From Deinococcales bacterium (lineage in GTDB: Bacteria > Deinococcota > Deinococci > Deinococcales > JAAFIG01), in NCBI GenBank assembly GCA_031414595.1, contig JANNVX010000114.1, forward strand, positions 1 to 64,000: DNA of 64,000 bases. The letters are read 5' to 3'. Under the pieces are notes generated by a model. It was not told the origin of the DNA. It worked only from the letters and a program-made list of their open reading frames with translations, and made no database searches. Shown piece after piece: positions 48,555 to 58,953 of the stretch. Within the stretch, counting starts at the first letter, position 1. Each line of letters opens with the position of its first letter. The position numbers and the translations under genes were made by a program.

Positions 48555-49064
48555 ATGACGATTCCAGCCACAAAAATGTTGGCGACTCCAACAGACCTAA
48601 GCCCAGACCAAGTGACAGCCATTAGCCAAACCATTAATATTTTAATTGCTGATACTTTGGCGCTCTATATTAAAACCAAGAATTTTCATTGGCATTTGTA
48701 TGGCGCAGACTTCAAGGAACTGCACGAGCTTTTTGACTCGCACGCCGACCAATTACTGGCTTATGTAGATGTGCTTGCCGAGCGTGTCCGCAAACTTGGT
48801 GAACCAACCCTACATTCAATTTCGCAAATTGCCAAGTTACAACAAATTAAAGATGACAATGAACCCTCGGTCAAGCCACTTGAGATGGTTAAGCGGTTAT
48901 TGAGCGATAACCAACAGATGGTTCGTCAGCAACGAACAGCCATTGCACTTTGCGAAGCCAACCACGATTCGCCTACCAGCAATGTTTTACAAACGTTCCT
49001 TGATGAAACCGAGCGTCGTGTTTGGTTTTTATTTGAGATTACCCAAGGAGAAAAATCCAAATAG
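48555..49064 (+). CDS. dps: Dps-family protein (paralog)
   Basis: KTKNFHWH, LAERVRKLG, ETERRVWFL. Confidence 0.95.
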   Translation: MTIPATKMLATPTDLSPDQVTAISQTINILIADTLALYIKTKNFHWHLYGADFKELHELFDSHADQLLAYVDVLAERVRKLGEPTLHSISQIAKLQQIKDDNEPSVKPLEMVKRLLSDNQQMVRQQRTAIALCEANHDSPTSNVLQTFLDETERRVWFLFEITQGEKSK

Positions 49065-49090
49065 TTTTTTCTAGGTCAAAAGGAGTATTT

Positions 49091-49185
49091 ATGGACAGCA
49101 CTAAAAAAAACTTGAGGCGGCAACTCGAGCCGCTTGGAATACCCAGGGTGTGACTTCGGTCAGAAACGACATTTTGATTGCTTGA
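49091..49185 (+). pseudogene. BON-protein remnant
   Basis: RBS plus ATG, A8 run, then out of frame EAATRAAWNTQGVTSVRNDILIA*, like the neighbouring BON C-termini. Confidence 0.55.
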
Positions 49186-49272
49186 AACTCGGAAGTGAAA
49201 ACTGAACCAGTCGTTTCTCGCCACTCGAGATGATGCCGTGCATATTAAGTGAGACGCTAAACAGGAGTAATC

Positions 49273-49935
49273 ATGAAAACCGATAAAAAATTACAAGAAG
49301 ATGTTCTTGCCGAACTGGATTTTGAACCAAGTGTCAATGCGGCTCACGTTGGAGTAACCGCCAATAATGGCGTGGTTACACTGACAGGGACAGTGGATTC
49401 ATTTGCTGGCAAAATGGCTATCTCGAGGGTGATTGAACGGGTCAATGGCGTTTTTGGCATCGCCGATGAAATGAAGGTTAATCTGCCCTCGAGCCATCAG
49501 CGCAACGATACCGACATTGCCCGAGCCGCCGTTGAAGCCCTAGAGTGGAGTTGGCTTATACCGCGTGAGAGCATCAAAGTGAAGGTGCAAAGTGGTTGGG
49601 TGACACTTGAAGGCGAAGTTCATTGGGAGTTTCAGCGCGGTCAGGCACATCAAACGATGAATAGTTTGGTTGGGGTACGCGGGGTCAGCAATAACCTTAA
49701 AATCAAAGCCAGCCAAATTAACATTCAACCGTACAGCATCGAAACCAGCATCAAAAATGCCTTCGAGCGCAACGCCGAACTAAACAGCAAAGCCATTTCC
49801 ATCGAGGTTATGGCTGGACGTGTCACCTTGCGTGGCAATTTACCATCGTTAAAAGAACGTGATTCAGCAGTGTTGGCAGCTTGGAGCGCTCCAGGTGTGA
49901 TTGGTGTGGAAAACCGCATTGTGATTGGTACTTAG
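49273..49935 (+). CDS. Triple BON-domain protein
   Basis: Three BON repeats, AAWSAPGV. Confidence 0.92.
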   Translation: MKTDKKLQEDVLAELDFEPSVNAAHVGVTANNGVVTLTGTVDSFAGKMAISRVIERVNGVFGIADEMKVNLPSSHQRNDTDIARAAVEALEWSWLIPRESIKVKVQSGWVTLEGEVHWEFQRGQAHQTMNSLVGVRGVSNNLKIKASQINIQPYSIETSIKNAFERNAELNSKAISIEVMAGRVTLRGNLPSLKERDSAVLAAWSAPGVIGVENRIVIGT

Positions 49936-50002
49936 AACCCATATGGCAATTGGTACTTAGAAAACTTGGCTCGAGACTGCTCGAGATGATTAAAGGAGAA
50001 CG

Positions 50003-50662
50003 ATGAATAAGCGAACCGATATTCAAGTCCATAAAGACGTACTTGATGAACTGGGCTTTGACCCAAGTATTGACATATCACAAATTTCAGTGGCTGTTTC
50101 GGATGGCATTGTCACACTTTCGGGCAGTGTGACAAATTTCTATGAAAAATGGAATGCCGAACGTGCTGTCAAGCGCGTAGTAGGAGTCGAGGGTTTTGCC
50201 GAAGAACTAAGCGTTCAGCCTTTTCCAAAAACTGAGCAATCCGACACCGACATTGCTGCTGCGGCTCGTCATGCAATTAAGTGGGGGGTGTCAGTCCCCG
50301 ACGAAGACATTCAAATCAAGGTTGAAAACGGCATTATTACGCTTGAAGGGCAAGTGGACTGGCACTACCAAATGAAGAATGTCTATAGCGCTGTGTTGTA
50401 CTTACGTGGTGTTAAAGGCGTGAATAACTTAATCAGCCTTAAACCAACTTTAAGCAGTGCTGATGTCCGTGAAAAAATTGAAGCTGCCTTTAAGCGCAGT
50501 GCCTACCTTGATTCCGAACATATTTATGTGACTGCCCAAGGTGGCAATATTACTTTGCGCGGTCATTTGCCCACTTGGACGGAACGCGAATCTGCCAGCC
50601 GTGTGGCGTGGAATGCAGGTGGCGTAATTGCTGTCAACAACGAAATTACAGTCGGTTACTAA
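50003..50662 (+). CDS. Triple BON-domain protein (close paralog of 33906)
   Basis: NFYEKW, DVREKIEAAFKRSA, LPTWTER shared. Confidence 0.92.
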   Translation: MNKRTDIQVHKDVLDELGFDPSIDISQISVAVSDGIVTLSGSVTNFYEKWNAERAVKRVVGVEGFAEELSVQPFPKTEQSDTDIAAAARHAIKWGVSVPDEDIQIKVENGIITLEGQVDWHYQMKNVYSAVLYLRGVKGVNNLISLKPTLSSADVREKIEAAFKRSAYLDSEHIYVTAQGGNITLRGHLPTWTERESASRVAWNAGGVIAVNNEITVGY

Positions 50663-50701
50663 AAAATTAAACACGAGGCTCGCGTCTTAGGGAGGAATAT
50701 T

Positions 50702-50866
50702 ATGAAACATCTTATTCAAGGCTACTTTACAACCCACGAACTGGCAGAATCGGCTGTACGGGCTGGAAATTATTTGGTATTGGCACACGGCGATGAACAC
50801 CAAATTATGCATTCTCGAGAAGTGTTGGTGGCTCAGGACATCGAAGTCTCGAGTCGGTCGGCTTAA
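50702..50866 (+). pseudogene. 54-aa ORF resembling an internally deleted general stress protein
   Basis: GGAGG RBS; GYFTTHELAESAV joined directly to RAGNYLVLAHG; not in ORF track. Confidence 0.45.
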
Positions 50867-50871
50867 CAATC

Positions 50872-53379
50872 ATGAGCCAACAATTGAGTAAAAATGTACA
50901 GGGTCCAGTCATTATTCAGGGCTTGAACGATACGGCTGTCGCTCAGTCATCGGCTCAGTTTGGACTGAATACATTGTTATTGAGTACCAAACCACGTTTT
51001 CTCGAGATGCTTAAAGGCGTGGTTCTTGAACCGATGTTTTTACTTTTGGTGGTGGCTTGTGCGGTCTATTTTTCGCTAGGAAAATCCAGTGAAGCCATCA
51101 CCCTGATTGTTGCCTTATTTTTAGTGGCGGGAATTTCTTTGTACCAAACTGTCCGCAGTAACCAAGCCTTAAGTGCGCTTCATGACTTAACCCAACCGAC
51201 CGCCCAAGTTTGGCGCAATGGTGCAATCACAACCCTAGCCGTCGAAAAAATTGTGGTCGGTGACTGGGTGGCAACCGCCGAAGGTCAGCAGATTCCGGCT
51301 GATGGTTTAATCAAAAATAGCCAAGATTTTTCCTTAGATGAATCGGTTTTAACGGGCGAATCGGTGGCGGTCTTAAAAGCCGAAAAAGACCAAGTTTTTG
51401 CCGGTACAAGCATTTCGACTGGCAGTGCTTTACTCGAGATTAATGCAGTTGGCTTAAAAACCAAAATCGGGCAGATTGGCAAAAGCATGGCGGTTATTCA
51501 AACCGAAAAAACACCGTTGCAGTTGCAGATTAATCAATTTGTGATTCGTATGGCATGGGTTGGGGCTGGCGCGTTTATTTTGGTCGGCGGTATCAATTAT
51601 GCCCGTTCAGGCGATTGGATTACGGCATTGCTGCTGAGTTTAACTTTGGTGATGGCGCTACTGCCCGAAGAAATTCCTGTCGCATTTAGTAGTTTTATGG
51701 CACTTGGGGCGGCTCGGTTAAGTAAAATCGGGGTGCTGACCAAACAACCCCAAACCGTCGAAAGCCTCGGTTCGGCAACCGTAATTTGCTCGGACAAAAC
51801 TGGCACAATTACCCAAGATGGCATGACCCTGCGGCAAATTTATGATGCTACAAGCAAAACCGTTGTTTCCTTAGACCAAGGGCTTTCCGCCTCGAGCCAA
51901 GAAATACTGACTTTTGCGCGTTGGGCAAGCGAAGATAAACCATTTGATGCCATGGAACACGCCATTGTGAGTGCCTTTGAAAAATCAAATCAAGAGGCAG
52001 TTTATCCGATGCTGCACGAATATCCTTTAGACGGTACACCACCGATGATGACCCATGTGCGCCAAGCCCCAAATGGTGATGTGCTAATTGCTGGCAAAGG
52101 CGCAGTTGACCATATTCTGGCTGTCTGTAAGCCACAAGCCAAAGAACAGATTCTAGCCATCACCAAAGAACTCTCGAGCCAAGGTTTGCGGGTGCTTGGT
52201 GTGGCTCGAGGTCAGTTTCAAGGCACAACTTACCCTAGCCAACAAGATGATTTTACTTGGACATTTCTTGGTTTACTGGCACTTGAGAATCCACCCAAAG
52301 TAAATGCTGCCAGTACGGTTAAAGCCTTTGGTGAAGCTGGAATCAAAGTTAAGTTAATTACTGGTGATTACCTCGAGACTGCCCAAGCCATTGCCAGACA
52401 AGTCGGATTACCAAATAGTGAACGATTTATGACTGGCGAACAAGTTATGGGCTTAGAGGCGCACTTGTTTCAAGCACAAGTCACCGACACGGCTGTGTTT
52501 GCACGAATGTTCCCAGAAGCAAAACTTAAAGTGGTCGAAGCCCTTAAAGCCAACGGTGAAGTTGTCGCCATGACAGGTGATGGAGTCAACGACGGACCCG
52601 CCCTCAAAGCCGCCCATATTGGTGTAGCAATGGGTCAGCGTGGCTCGGAAGTGGCTCGGCAAGCCGCTTCATTGGTTTTGGTCAATGACGACCTTGCTAA
52701 AATGGTAGATGCTATCGCCCAAGGTAGACGCATTTACTCAAACCTCAAAAAAGCCGTTTTATACATTGTTGGCATTCATATTCCAATCATTTTGGTAGTG
52801 GCTGTGCCATTACTTGCTGATTGGAAATTTGCAAATTTATTCACCCCAATTCACATAATTTTTCTTGAACTGGTGATGGGACCAACTTGCTCGATTGCTT
52901 TTGAAAACGAACCCGCCGAAGCTGGGCAAATGCAGCAAGCGCCGCGCAAGCTGACCGATTCTTTTTTGTCGGGCGCAGAGTTAAGGCGCAGCATAGCTCA
53001 GGGTTTAGGAATTGCTTTTGCAATTTTAAGTGTTTATTACCTAGCCATGCAAAACGGCTCGAGTCTCGAAGTGGTGCGAACCCTTGTTTTTTGTACCTTG
53101 GTCATCAGTAATATCTTTTTAACACTGGTCAATCGTTCGCTCAAGGCGTTTGTTTTTCAGACCCTTGGTGTACCCAATAAATTGCTTTGGCTGATGCTCG
53201 GAATAACCCTTTTACTTTTACTGACAACCTTATTTTTTGTACCAGCCCAAAAGTTATTTGGTTTTGCAGCCGTGCCGATTGCTGATTTAGCTTGGGCAGC
53301 CCTAGCTGCCTTACTCGGTGTGGTCTGGATTGAAATTTATAAAGCCCTTGGGTCTGTTAAGCCAACTCAAACCGTCTAA
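50872..53379 (+). CDS. Cation-translocating P-type ATPase
   Basis: TGES, PEEIP, DKTGT, GDGVND. Confidence 0.95.
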   Translation: MSQQLSKNVQGPVIIQGLNDTAVAQSSAQFGLNTLLLSTKPRFLEMLKGVVLEPMFLLLVVACAVYFSLGKSSEAITLIVALFLVAGISLYQTVRSNQALSALHDLTQPTAQVWRNGAITTLAVEKIVVGDWVATAEGQQIPADGLIKNSQDFSLDESVLTGESVAVLKAEKDQVFAGTSISTGSALLEINAVGLKTKIGQIGKSMAVIQTEKTPLQLQINQFVIRMAWVGAGAFILVGGINYARSGDWITALLLSLTLVMALLPEEIPVAFSSFMALGAARLSKIGVLTKQPQTVESLGSATVICSDKTGTITQDGMTLRQIYDATSKTVVSLDQGLSASSQEILTFARWASEDKPFDAMEHAIVSAFEKSNQEAVYPMLHEYPLDGTPPMMTHVRQAPNGDVLIAGKGAVDHILAVCKPQAKEQILAITKELSSQGLRVLGVARGQFQGTTYPSQQDDFTWTFLGLLALENPPKVNAASTVKAFGEAGIKVKLITGDYLETAQAIARQVGLPNSERFMTGEQVMGLEAHLFQAQVTDTAVFARMFPEAKLKVVEALKANGEVVAMTGDGVNDGPALKAAHIGVAMGQRGSEVARQAASLVLVNDDLAKMVDAIAQGRRIYSNLKKAVLYIVGIHIPIILVVAVPLLADWKFANLFTPIHIIFLELVMGPTCSIAFENEPAEAGQMQQAPRKLTDSFLSGAELRRSIAQGLGIAFAILSVYYLAMQNGSSLEVVRTLVFCTLVISNIFLTLVNRSLKAFVFQTLGVPNKLLWLMLGITLLLLLTTLFFVPAQKLFGFAAVPIADLAWAALAALLGVVWIEIYKALGSVKPTQTV

Positions 53380-53391
53380 AAGGAGACGATC

Positions 53392-53598
53392 ATGATACTC
53401 AATCCAAATGAACTTGGCGCATTGGTACTGCTTGCTTTTTTAAGTGCTGGACTGGTGCTGTTTGTACTGCAAATCCACAAAGGCTTCCAGCAAAGCGAGA
53501 TTAAACCCGCCCTCGAGAAAAACCAAGAATTGCTTGACCACGGCAAAATTAGTAAAGAAGACTTTGAAACAATCAATCGTGGTCTTAAGTTGCTGTAA
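53392..53598 (+). CDS. Small membrane protein with SHOCT-like tail
   Basis: One TM then LLDHGKISKEDFE; AGGAG RBS. Confidence 0.65.
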   Translation: MILNPNELGALVLLAFLSAGLVLFVLQIHKGFQQSEIKPALEKNQELLDHGKISKEDFETINRGLKLL

Positions 53599-53621
53599 AT
53601 GCAGTGTACAGGAGAAAACCA

Positions 53622-54545
53622 ATGAGTGAAATTGAACGCACCTTAACCGCGCAAAATGTCTCTGCTCAGGTAGCCCCATCACCTAAAACCAGTCGTTGGG
53701 CATATGTGCTGATTGTTCTGGGGTTGTTGTCGTTGCTTGATACGATTGGGCTAAGAAATTGGGGTTTACCTTTGCTGATGGTGATTATTGGTATTGCCAT
53801 GGTCATCAAACCTTACGCTTGGGGTAGACCACTAACGCTAGGATTGGTGCTTGTGGCATTGCTTGGCGTTGCTTGGTGGTTTTTTACACAACCTATAAAC
53901 CACATCAGTACCGAACCGATCAGTTATGGCATCACCGCATCTCGAGCCAAAATTGAACTGAATACCAGCCTTGGGCGGCTTGAGATTAACGCCAATAATA
54001 CAGGGTTACTGATGCAAGGCAAGCTCGAGATAAACAGCAATGAACGGCTTGAGCGTCAAGATGAGCTACGCGGCGGTGTGCAGTTTGTGCGATTGGCAGC
54101 AGTTACAACAGGTTCAAACATTTTACTGCCAGACTTCAAAGGCGAACTGGACTCGGGTTGGCAGCTTGGGCTTTCAAAAAATCTACCACTTGAACTGCAA
54201 ATAAAAACAGGTGTAGGAAGCGCAAATCTAGATTTAACCAGTCTCAAAGTCGTAAATCTAACGGTTAAAAGTGGAGTCGGTTCAATGACCGTGCATTTGC
54301 CAGTGGCGGGTCGGGTAATGGCTACTATCGAAGGTGGGGTTGGCGAAATAAGGGTCACGATTGCCCGTGGCATGGCAGCCCGAATTCGCGCCTCAAGTGG
54401 GATTGGTTCAATCAGTGTGCTTGGTGATTATCAGAAGAACGGTGATGTTTATACCTCGAGCAACTTTGAAACTGCTTCTAACCGTCTCGAACTCGAGGTC
54501 AAAGGTGGCATTGGGCGGATTGCTATTGAGCAGGTGGGGCGCTGA
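53622..54545 (+). CDS. LiaF/toast-rack-like membrane protein
   Basis: Three TMs then repeated GVG beta motifs. Confidence 0.7.
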   Translation: MSEIERTLTAQNVSAQVAPSPKTSRWAYVLIVLGLLSLLDTIGLRNWGLPLLMVIIGIAMVIKPYAWGRPLTLGLVLVALLGVAWWFFTQPINHISTEPISYGITASRAKIELNTSLGRLEINANNTGLLMQGKLEINSNERLERQDELRGGVQFVRLAAVTTGSNILLPDFKGELDSGWQLGLSKNLPLELQIKTGVGSANLDLTSLKVVNLTVKSGVGSMTVHLPVAGRVMATIEGGVGEIRVTIARGMAARIRASSGIGSISVLGDYQKNGDVYTSSNFETASNRLELEVKGGIGRIAIEQVGR

Positions 54546-54754
54546 TGAATGTAAGAGATAAACTCCATGACCAAATAGATAGAATGACCCAAGCCGAAAT
54601 CGAGTTGTTTGATGCAATTCTCGAGCATCGCCGCCGAACCTTGGAGGCTCGAGTGCCGCGTCACCCAGATGAAGTTGTTGAATTTAAGCGTTTGCTGAAT
54701 CAGTTGACCGAAGCCCACTTGGTAGTACCTGCCCAACAAGGAGAAATATCATGA
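54545..54754 (+). CDS. Hypothetical protein
   Basis: Overlaps both neighbouring genes. Confidence 0.55.
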   Translation: MNVRDKLHDQIDRMTQAEIELFDAILEHRRRTLEARVPRHPDEVVEFKRLLNQLTEAHLVVPAQQGEIS

Positions 54755-55020
54755 CCCCTAGCACCCAAGAATTCAAACTGAGCGGTAGCAGCTTACTCGG
54801 CAAACTCAAAGAATTGGTTCATGAAGGCGATATTCGCCGCATCACGATTAAAAACGAAGAAGGGCATACCTTAATCGAAATCCCACTGACGTATGGGGTG
54901 GTTGGGGTGTTGCTACTGCCTGTCTGGGCAGCCATCGGTGCGATTGCGGCTTTGGCTGCCAGTTTAACGATTGTGGTTGAACGCACCGATGCCGCCCAAA
55001 TGCCACCGCTCGAGCCATAA
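54751..55020 (+). CDS. DUF4342-family protein
   Basis: KELVHEG.IRRI.IK...LIEIPLT.G. Confidence 0.8.
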   Translation: MTPSTQEFKLSGSSLLGKLKELVHEGDIRRITIKNEEGHTLIEIPLTYGVVGVLLLPVWAAIGAIAALAASLTIVVERTDAAQMPPLEP

Positions 55021-55029
55021 GGGTGACTG

Positions 55030-55212
55030 ATGCAAACCATACGGCGCTCGGTGGTTTTTATTAAATCGGTGCATCCCTTAAATTTTTTGGTGATGTGCGG
55101 CTTTATGGTGGTGTTACTTTTTGAAGTGATAACCAACCAAATAATGTATCTGACTGGCAATTGTTATTTTTTGCATCGAGCATCCGAAAAATTCAAAAAT
55201 TTGCCCGAATAA
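55030..55212 (+). CDS. Small hypothetical membrane protein
   Basis: 60-aa ORF with one hydrophobic segment. Confidence 0.3.
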   Translation: MQTIRRSVVFIKSVHPLNFLVMCGFMVVLLFEVITNQIMYLTGNCYFLHRASEKFKNLPE

Positions 55213-55287
55213 TTTGTTGATTTTTAGCGTGTACTTAATCTGCTGACCAAAACTCACTTGGTTGTAGCACCATAATAAGGCAAGTTC

Positions 55288-55717
55288 ATGACCCCTAAAG
55301 AATTCAAATTTGGTAGCAACGGGTTAAACCTCAAGAAGAGGTCGGCGCTGACTTTCTTTACACTAACCTTTGCGCTCTCAATCCCATTTTGGATTGCTGC
55401 TGGGCGTGGTTTGGGCTGTCTGGCATCTGATTCCGTTGCTTTCGGTACAGCGCCCACTAGCATGGGTTGCTTGGTGGTCGCTCAGTTCCGTGGCTTACCG
55501 GGTGATCATCACTTGGCTTTATAACAACACAGGCAAGAGCGTTTTTATTGCCATTCTTTTTCACGCTACAATCAACGTCACTTATTTTCTCTTTCCGATA
55601 CAAGGTTCAAATTACGACCCGCGCATAACGGGCTTAATTGTGGCTTTTTTAGCAGCCATCATCACCCTAGCATTTGGCTCACGCAGCATGGTTCGAGCGC
55701 GAGCCATGCCAACTTGA
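55288..55717 (+). pseudogene. CPBP/CAAX protease remnant with internal deletion and frameshift
   Basis: FF.LTFALSIPFW joins out of frame to G.VWAVWHL...WLYNNTGKSV..AILFHA..N; EExxxR region missing. Confidence 0.7.
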
Positions 55718-55742
55718 AGCTCGAGATTGTAGCAGCCAACTG

Positions 55743-56195
55743 TTATTTACTTCTCGAGGTAAGCCGCACCCGATGTGGTAGTACCAGACGTATCTGACTG
55801 AAATTACAAGTGATAATTTCAGTGGTTTTGGAAAATTCAATCGCTCCATCGGGTGCGAGTACAAGATTAACTTTTATACTTGGCGACTCGAGACAAAATC
55901 CAACCATTAGCTTCAAGCGTATGGCTTGGGCTTGGTAATGACCAGTGGCGGTTAAAGTCAGTGGGAAAATTGAATTTTGAGCTTGGACAGTTAAATACCC
56001 TGTAAGTTGTCCTTGGGTATCGGTCAGGCTAAGTTTTAAGTCCACAAGCACACTCGAGCCTGTCGTTTCGTTTAGTCCAATTACAATTTCTGATTGACTG
56101 GTGTACAAACCGCTCAGGTTAGGAGCAGAGGTTTGTATAGTCCCAAGCCAAAGCATGGTCATAAGCGCTTGAATAATTGGGCTAAAATTGGACAT
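55743..56195 (-). CDS. Hypothetical secreted protein
   Basis: Signal-like N-terminus, GGAG RBS. Confidence 0.55.
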   Translation of the reverse strand: MSNFSPIIQALMTMLWLGTIQTSAPNLSGLYTSQSEIVIGLNETTGSSVLVDLKLSLTDTQGQLTGYLTVQAQNSIFPLTLTATGHYQAQAIRLKLMVGFCLESPSIKVNLVLAPDGAIEFSKTTEIITCNFSQIRLVLPHRVRLTSRSK

Positions 56196-56260
56196 AAGTC
56201 TCCAAGGGATTGATCTTTATTTCTTGAGTTTGGTTATAAAGTTTAGCCAGCCGACGAAAT

Positions 56261-56836
56261 CTACTCGAGCAAAATCATAGACTCGACTGGTGCTTCAGGT
56301 GGGATAATTTTAGATTCACTGACCTTAGCATCCGATTCTTTGGCTTTAGATTTTTGCGAAACATACCAACCCAATGCAGCAATCACTGCCCCTACACCAA
56401 CACCTATCTCGAGTAGATTTTGCTCTGGGTCGTTCTTGATTAAGACACCTAAAAATAATACCGACATGGCGACCACCACAACGCCAATCAGGTTCTGCTT
56501 TAAGTCGTCGAGTGTTTCCACCTCGAGCCACTTGGCTGCACCACCTTTTGGGGTTCTGACTTTACGACTGATAAATAGCTCAAATAATCCTGCCGCAATA
56601 ACATATAAAACTACCGCCACCAAAAATAAATCGGCTGTCTCTACCGCAAATAACATCAGTGTTTTGGTACTGCCTTCAGAAAACTGACTTAAGAGCTTTG
56701 GTAATAAAAGCATCGTCTTGATGGTTGCATAAATAAACAATGCCAGCGATAACAGGTAGAGCGTTACCACGGCTAAAACCACGATATAACGGGTATGCAG
56801 CAGTGTTTTTAAGTTTTTTTGTTCTTGTGCTTTCAT
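56261..56836 (-). CDS. YqhA/UPF0114 membrane protein
   Basis: DLFL, GLFELFI, WL....LDDLK..L. Confidence 0.85.
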   Translation of the reverse strand: MKAQEQKNLKTLLHTRYIVVLAVVTLYLLSLALFIYATIKTMLLLPKLLSQFSEGSTKTLMLFAVETADLFLVAVVLYVIAAGLFELFISRKVRTPKGGAAKWLEVETLDDLKQNLIGVVVVAMSVLFLGVLIKNDPEQNLLEIGVGVGAVIAALGWYVSQKSKAKESDAKVSESKIIPPEAPVESMILLE

Positions 56837-56886
56837 GAATCCTCCAAAATTTCTTCAGTTCCCAAGTAAAAGTCAAGCAAAGTCAA

Positions 56887-56964
56887 TTGAATTTAACCTG
56901 AGCCAAAACTGTGCTTGGACTGAAGAGCCGTGTTTTCCTCAGCTTGGCTTCAAGCATCAAACAG
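56887..56964. promoter_or_regulatory. Divergent promoter with opposing 11-bp-period TTCAG-type arrays
   Basis: TTGAA/CTGAG/CTGTG/CTGAA at 56887/56898/56909/56920; CTCAG/TTCAA/AACAG at 56938/56949/56960. Confidence 0.65.
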
Positions 56965-57014
56965 CTTCCGAGCAGCCCTTGAGCCTAACCTGTACTCGAG
57001 TAAAAGGAGTTCAT

Positions 57015-58121
57015 ATGCTGGAATCACAAAAACTCGACCAAGAGACAATCAAAGCGCTAACTTTGGAGCTTCCAAAAACCGAGGTTTTGACGGCTGTTTG
57101 CCATGTCAATCCGGGTAGCCAAGTGAACCAAGGGGCGGCACTACGGATTCGGATAAAAAATGCACTGCATCAACTCGAGTTGCCTGATGCGCTTAAGAAC
57201 GCGGTGATGGATGATTTGAGTCTTGCCCAAACCCAGACCCGAACAAGGGTTTATTACCTTTGGGATGAACACGGTCATGTCAAATCGCGGATGATCGATG
57301 TACAACTCGAGTTACCGGAAGTGGTGCGTTTTGGTCTGCCAGATTTTGAACCATTGCATTTTGCACTTGAAACCAATCCCGTCACCGCAATTGTGCTGGT
57401 TGACCGTGAATGGCGGCGTTTATTTACCGTCAACCTAGGCGAAATCCATGAACTGCTAAATAGCGAAGATACACTCGAGAATGATAAATCTGGGGTGCTT
57501 GGGCGCGACACCGATAAAAGTCAACGCGAGCAGCACGATGACCAAGTTTTTTGGCGCAAGCTGATAGAGCAAATTATTCATTTACATCAGGCGGTTGGGT
57601 TTACACAATTGCTACTTGCGGGTACGCCCGAAGCCCGTTCAAGTTTATTTGAGCAAATGCCTCTGGTTTTACAGCAATTGGTGGCTGGTGAGTTTATTGT
57701 GTTAGGCGATGCGACACCTGCCGATGTTCTCGAGGCGGCGCAAATGACTTTAGCACTTGCCACATACAACACTGGCACTACCCTGCTCGAAAAAGTTCTT
57801 GGGTATGGTATGAAAGGGGCTGAGACAACACTAACGGCTGTTCAGGAAGGGCAAATTTATGAACTTCTGGTTTCTGGCGATGCCTTTGATATTCCAGTCT
57901 GGCGTGATGCCCAAGGGTACATTTTTGCCACCTATCCCGCCCAAGGTATTTCACCATTGACTGGTCTTGGTGTAGAGGGCATGGTCTTGCGGGATGCACT
58001 TCCAGAATTACGTGAGCGTTTTGGTCTAAAAGTGCATTTTTTGCATGGCGAGCTTGCCAAAAGGCTCGAGACCGAAATGGGCGGCTTGGCTGGATTAGCA
58101 CACTACCAAGCAGTCAAATGA
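57015..58121 (+). CDS. Bacterial aeRF1-like (baeRF/VLRF1-type) protein
   Basis: IVLVDRE..RLF....G, LLLAG, AVQEGQ..ELL, C-terminal GGLAGL.HY. Confidence 0.7.
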   Translation: MLESQKLDQETIKALTLELPKTEVLTAVCHVNPGSQVNQGAALRIRIKNALHQLELPDALKNAVMDDLSLAQTQTRTRVYYLWDEHGHVKSRMIDVQLELPEVVRFGLPDFEPLHFALETNPVTAIVLVDREWRRLFTVNLGEIHELLNSEDTLENDKSGVLGRDTDKSQREQHDDQVFWRKLIEQIIHLHQAVGFTQLLLAGTPEARSSLFEQMPLVLQQLVAGEFIVLGDATPADVLEAAQMTLALATYNTGTTLLEKVLGYGMKGAETTLTAVQEGQIYELLVSGDAFDIPVWRDAQGYIFATYPAQGISPLTGLGVEGMVLRDALPELRERFGLKVHFLHGELAKRLETEMGGLAGLAHYQAVK

Positions 58122-58945
58122 AAACTGTCTTTGAGGCACGGCTACCGACTGGGCATACCCTGACCAAAGACCATGCGCCCAGTTTATATGCCCGTTGGGA
58201 TGAACTCGAGGCATTTTGGGGCAGCCTAGACCCAAGTGCCGAACATGTGCTGCTCGAGTACCATTTTGATGATTGGCTCGATAACCCAGACCAGCGCTGG
58301 TATTTTTTGGTGCGGGTCAATGGACAATGGTTGCCTCAGCCACTGCCTTATGGTTTATTGGTCTTAGAAACTCGGGTCACACAATTGCGCGATTATATTG
58401 GTCGGGCTAAACAAATCCTTGATGCTCGAGCGCCACATTCTAAGTTGGAACGGATTCAACGTTGGTTGCGTGGCTTTGTCCCAGACCCAAAAGCGCAGGT
58501 ACGTCAAGCCCTCGAGCAACGTTTTCTCGAGGAGGCACATGCCACAGCTTTAATTATCGAGCTTGCGAGTAAAATGCAGTACCCCCAAGATAAAACACGC
58601 TTAGAAAATATCCAGCAACGCAAACAAGACCACCTTGAACGGTTAAAAGGCTTTATTCGGCATTTTGATGGCACAGTGCCGAGTTTTACTGCGCCTGATT
58701 TAAGTGGGCGGACTTGGCGGGGTTTAGCCGCCGCCCTAGCCCAAGAAATTCGAGACATCGAACGCTATCACGAACTTCGTCCTTTGCTACAAGACGACCC
58801 AAAACTGGTGGCGCAACTTGAATTGATGATTGACGAAGAACGCATCAACAAAAGCGATTTACTCGATTTGATGGGAAAACTTGACCCCTATGCCAATGGT
58901 GAATCCATTTGGGCAAAAGAAATGGAACTGCCACCAACCAGCTAA
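58118..58945 (+). CDS. Hypothetical protein with C-terminal ferritin-like helical domain
   Basis: Helical C-half (QDH.ERL, DEER); ATGA overlap with upstream gene. Confidence 0.55.
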   Translation: MKTVFEARLPTGHTLTKDHAPSLYARWDELEAFWGSLDPSAEHVLLEYHFDDWLDNPDQRWYFLVRVNGQWLPQPLPYGLLVLETRVTQLRDYIGRAKQILDARAPHSKLERIQRWLRGFVPDPKAQVRQALEQRFLEEAHATALIIELASKMQYPQDKTRLENIQQRKQDHLERLKGFIRHFDGTVPSFTAPDLSGRTWRGLAAALAQEIRDIERYHELRPLLQDDPKLVAQLELMIDEERINKSDLLDLMGKLDPYANGESIWAKEMELPPTS

Positions 58946-58953
58946 AGGAGCTT

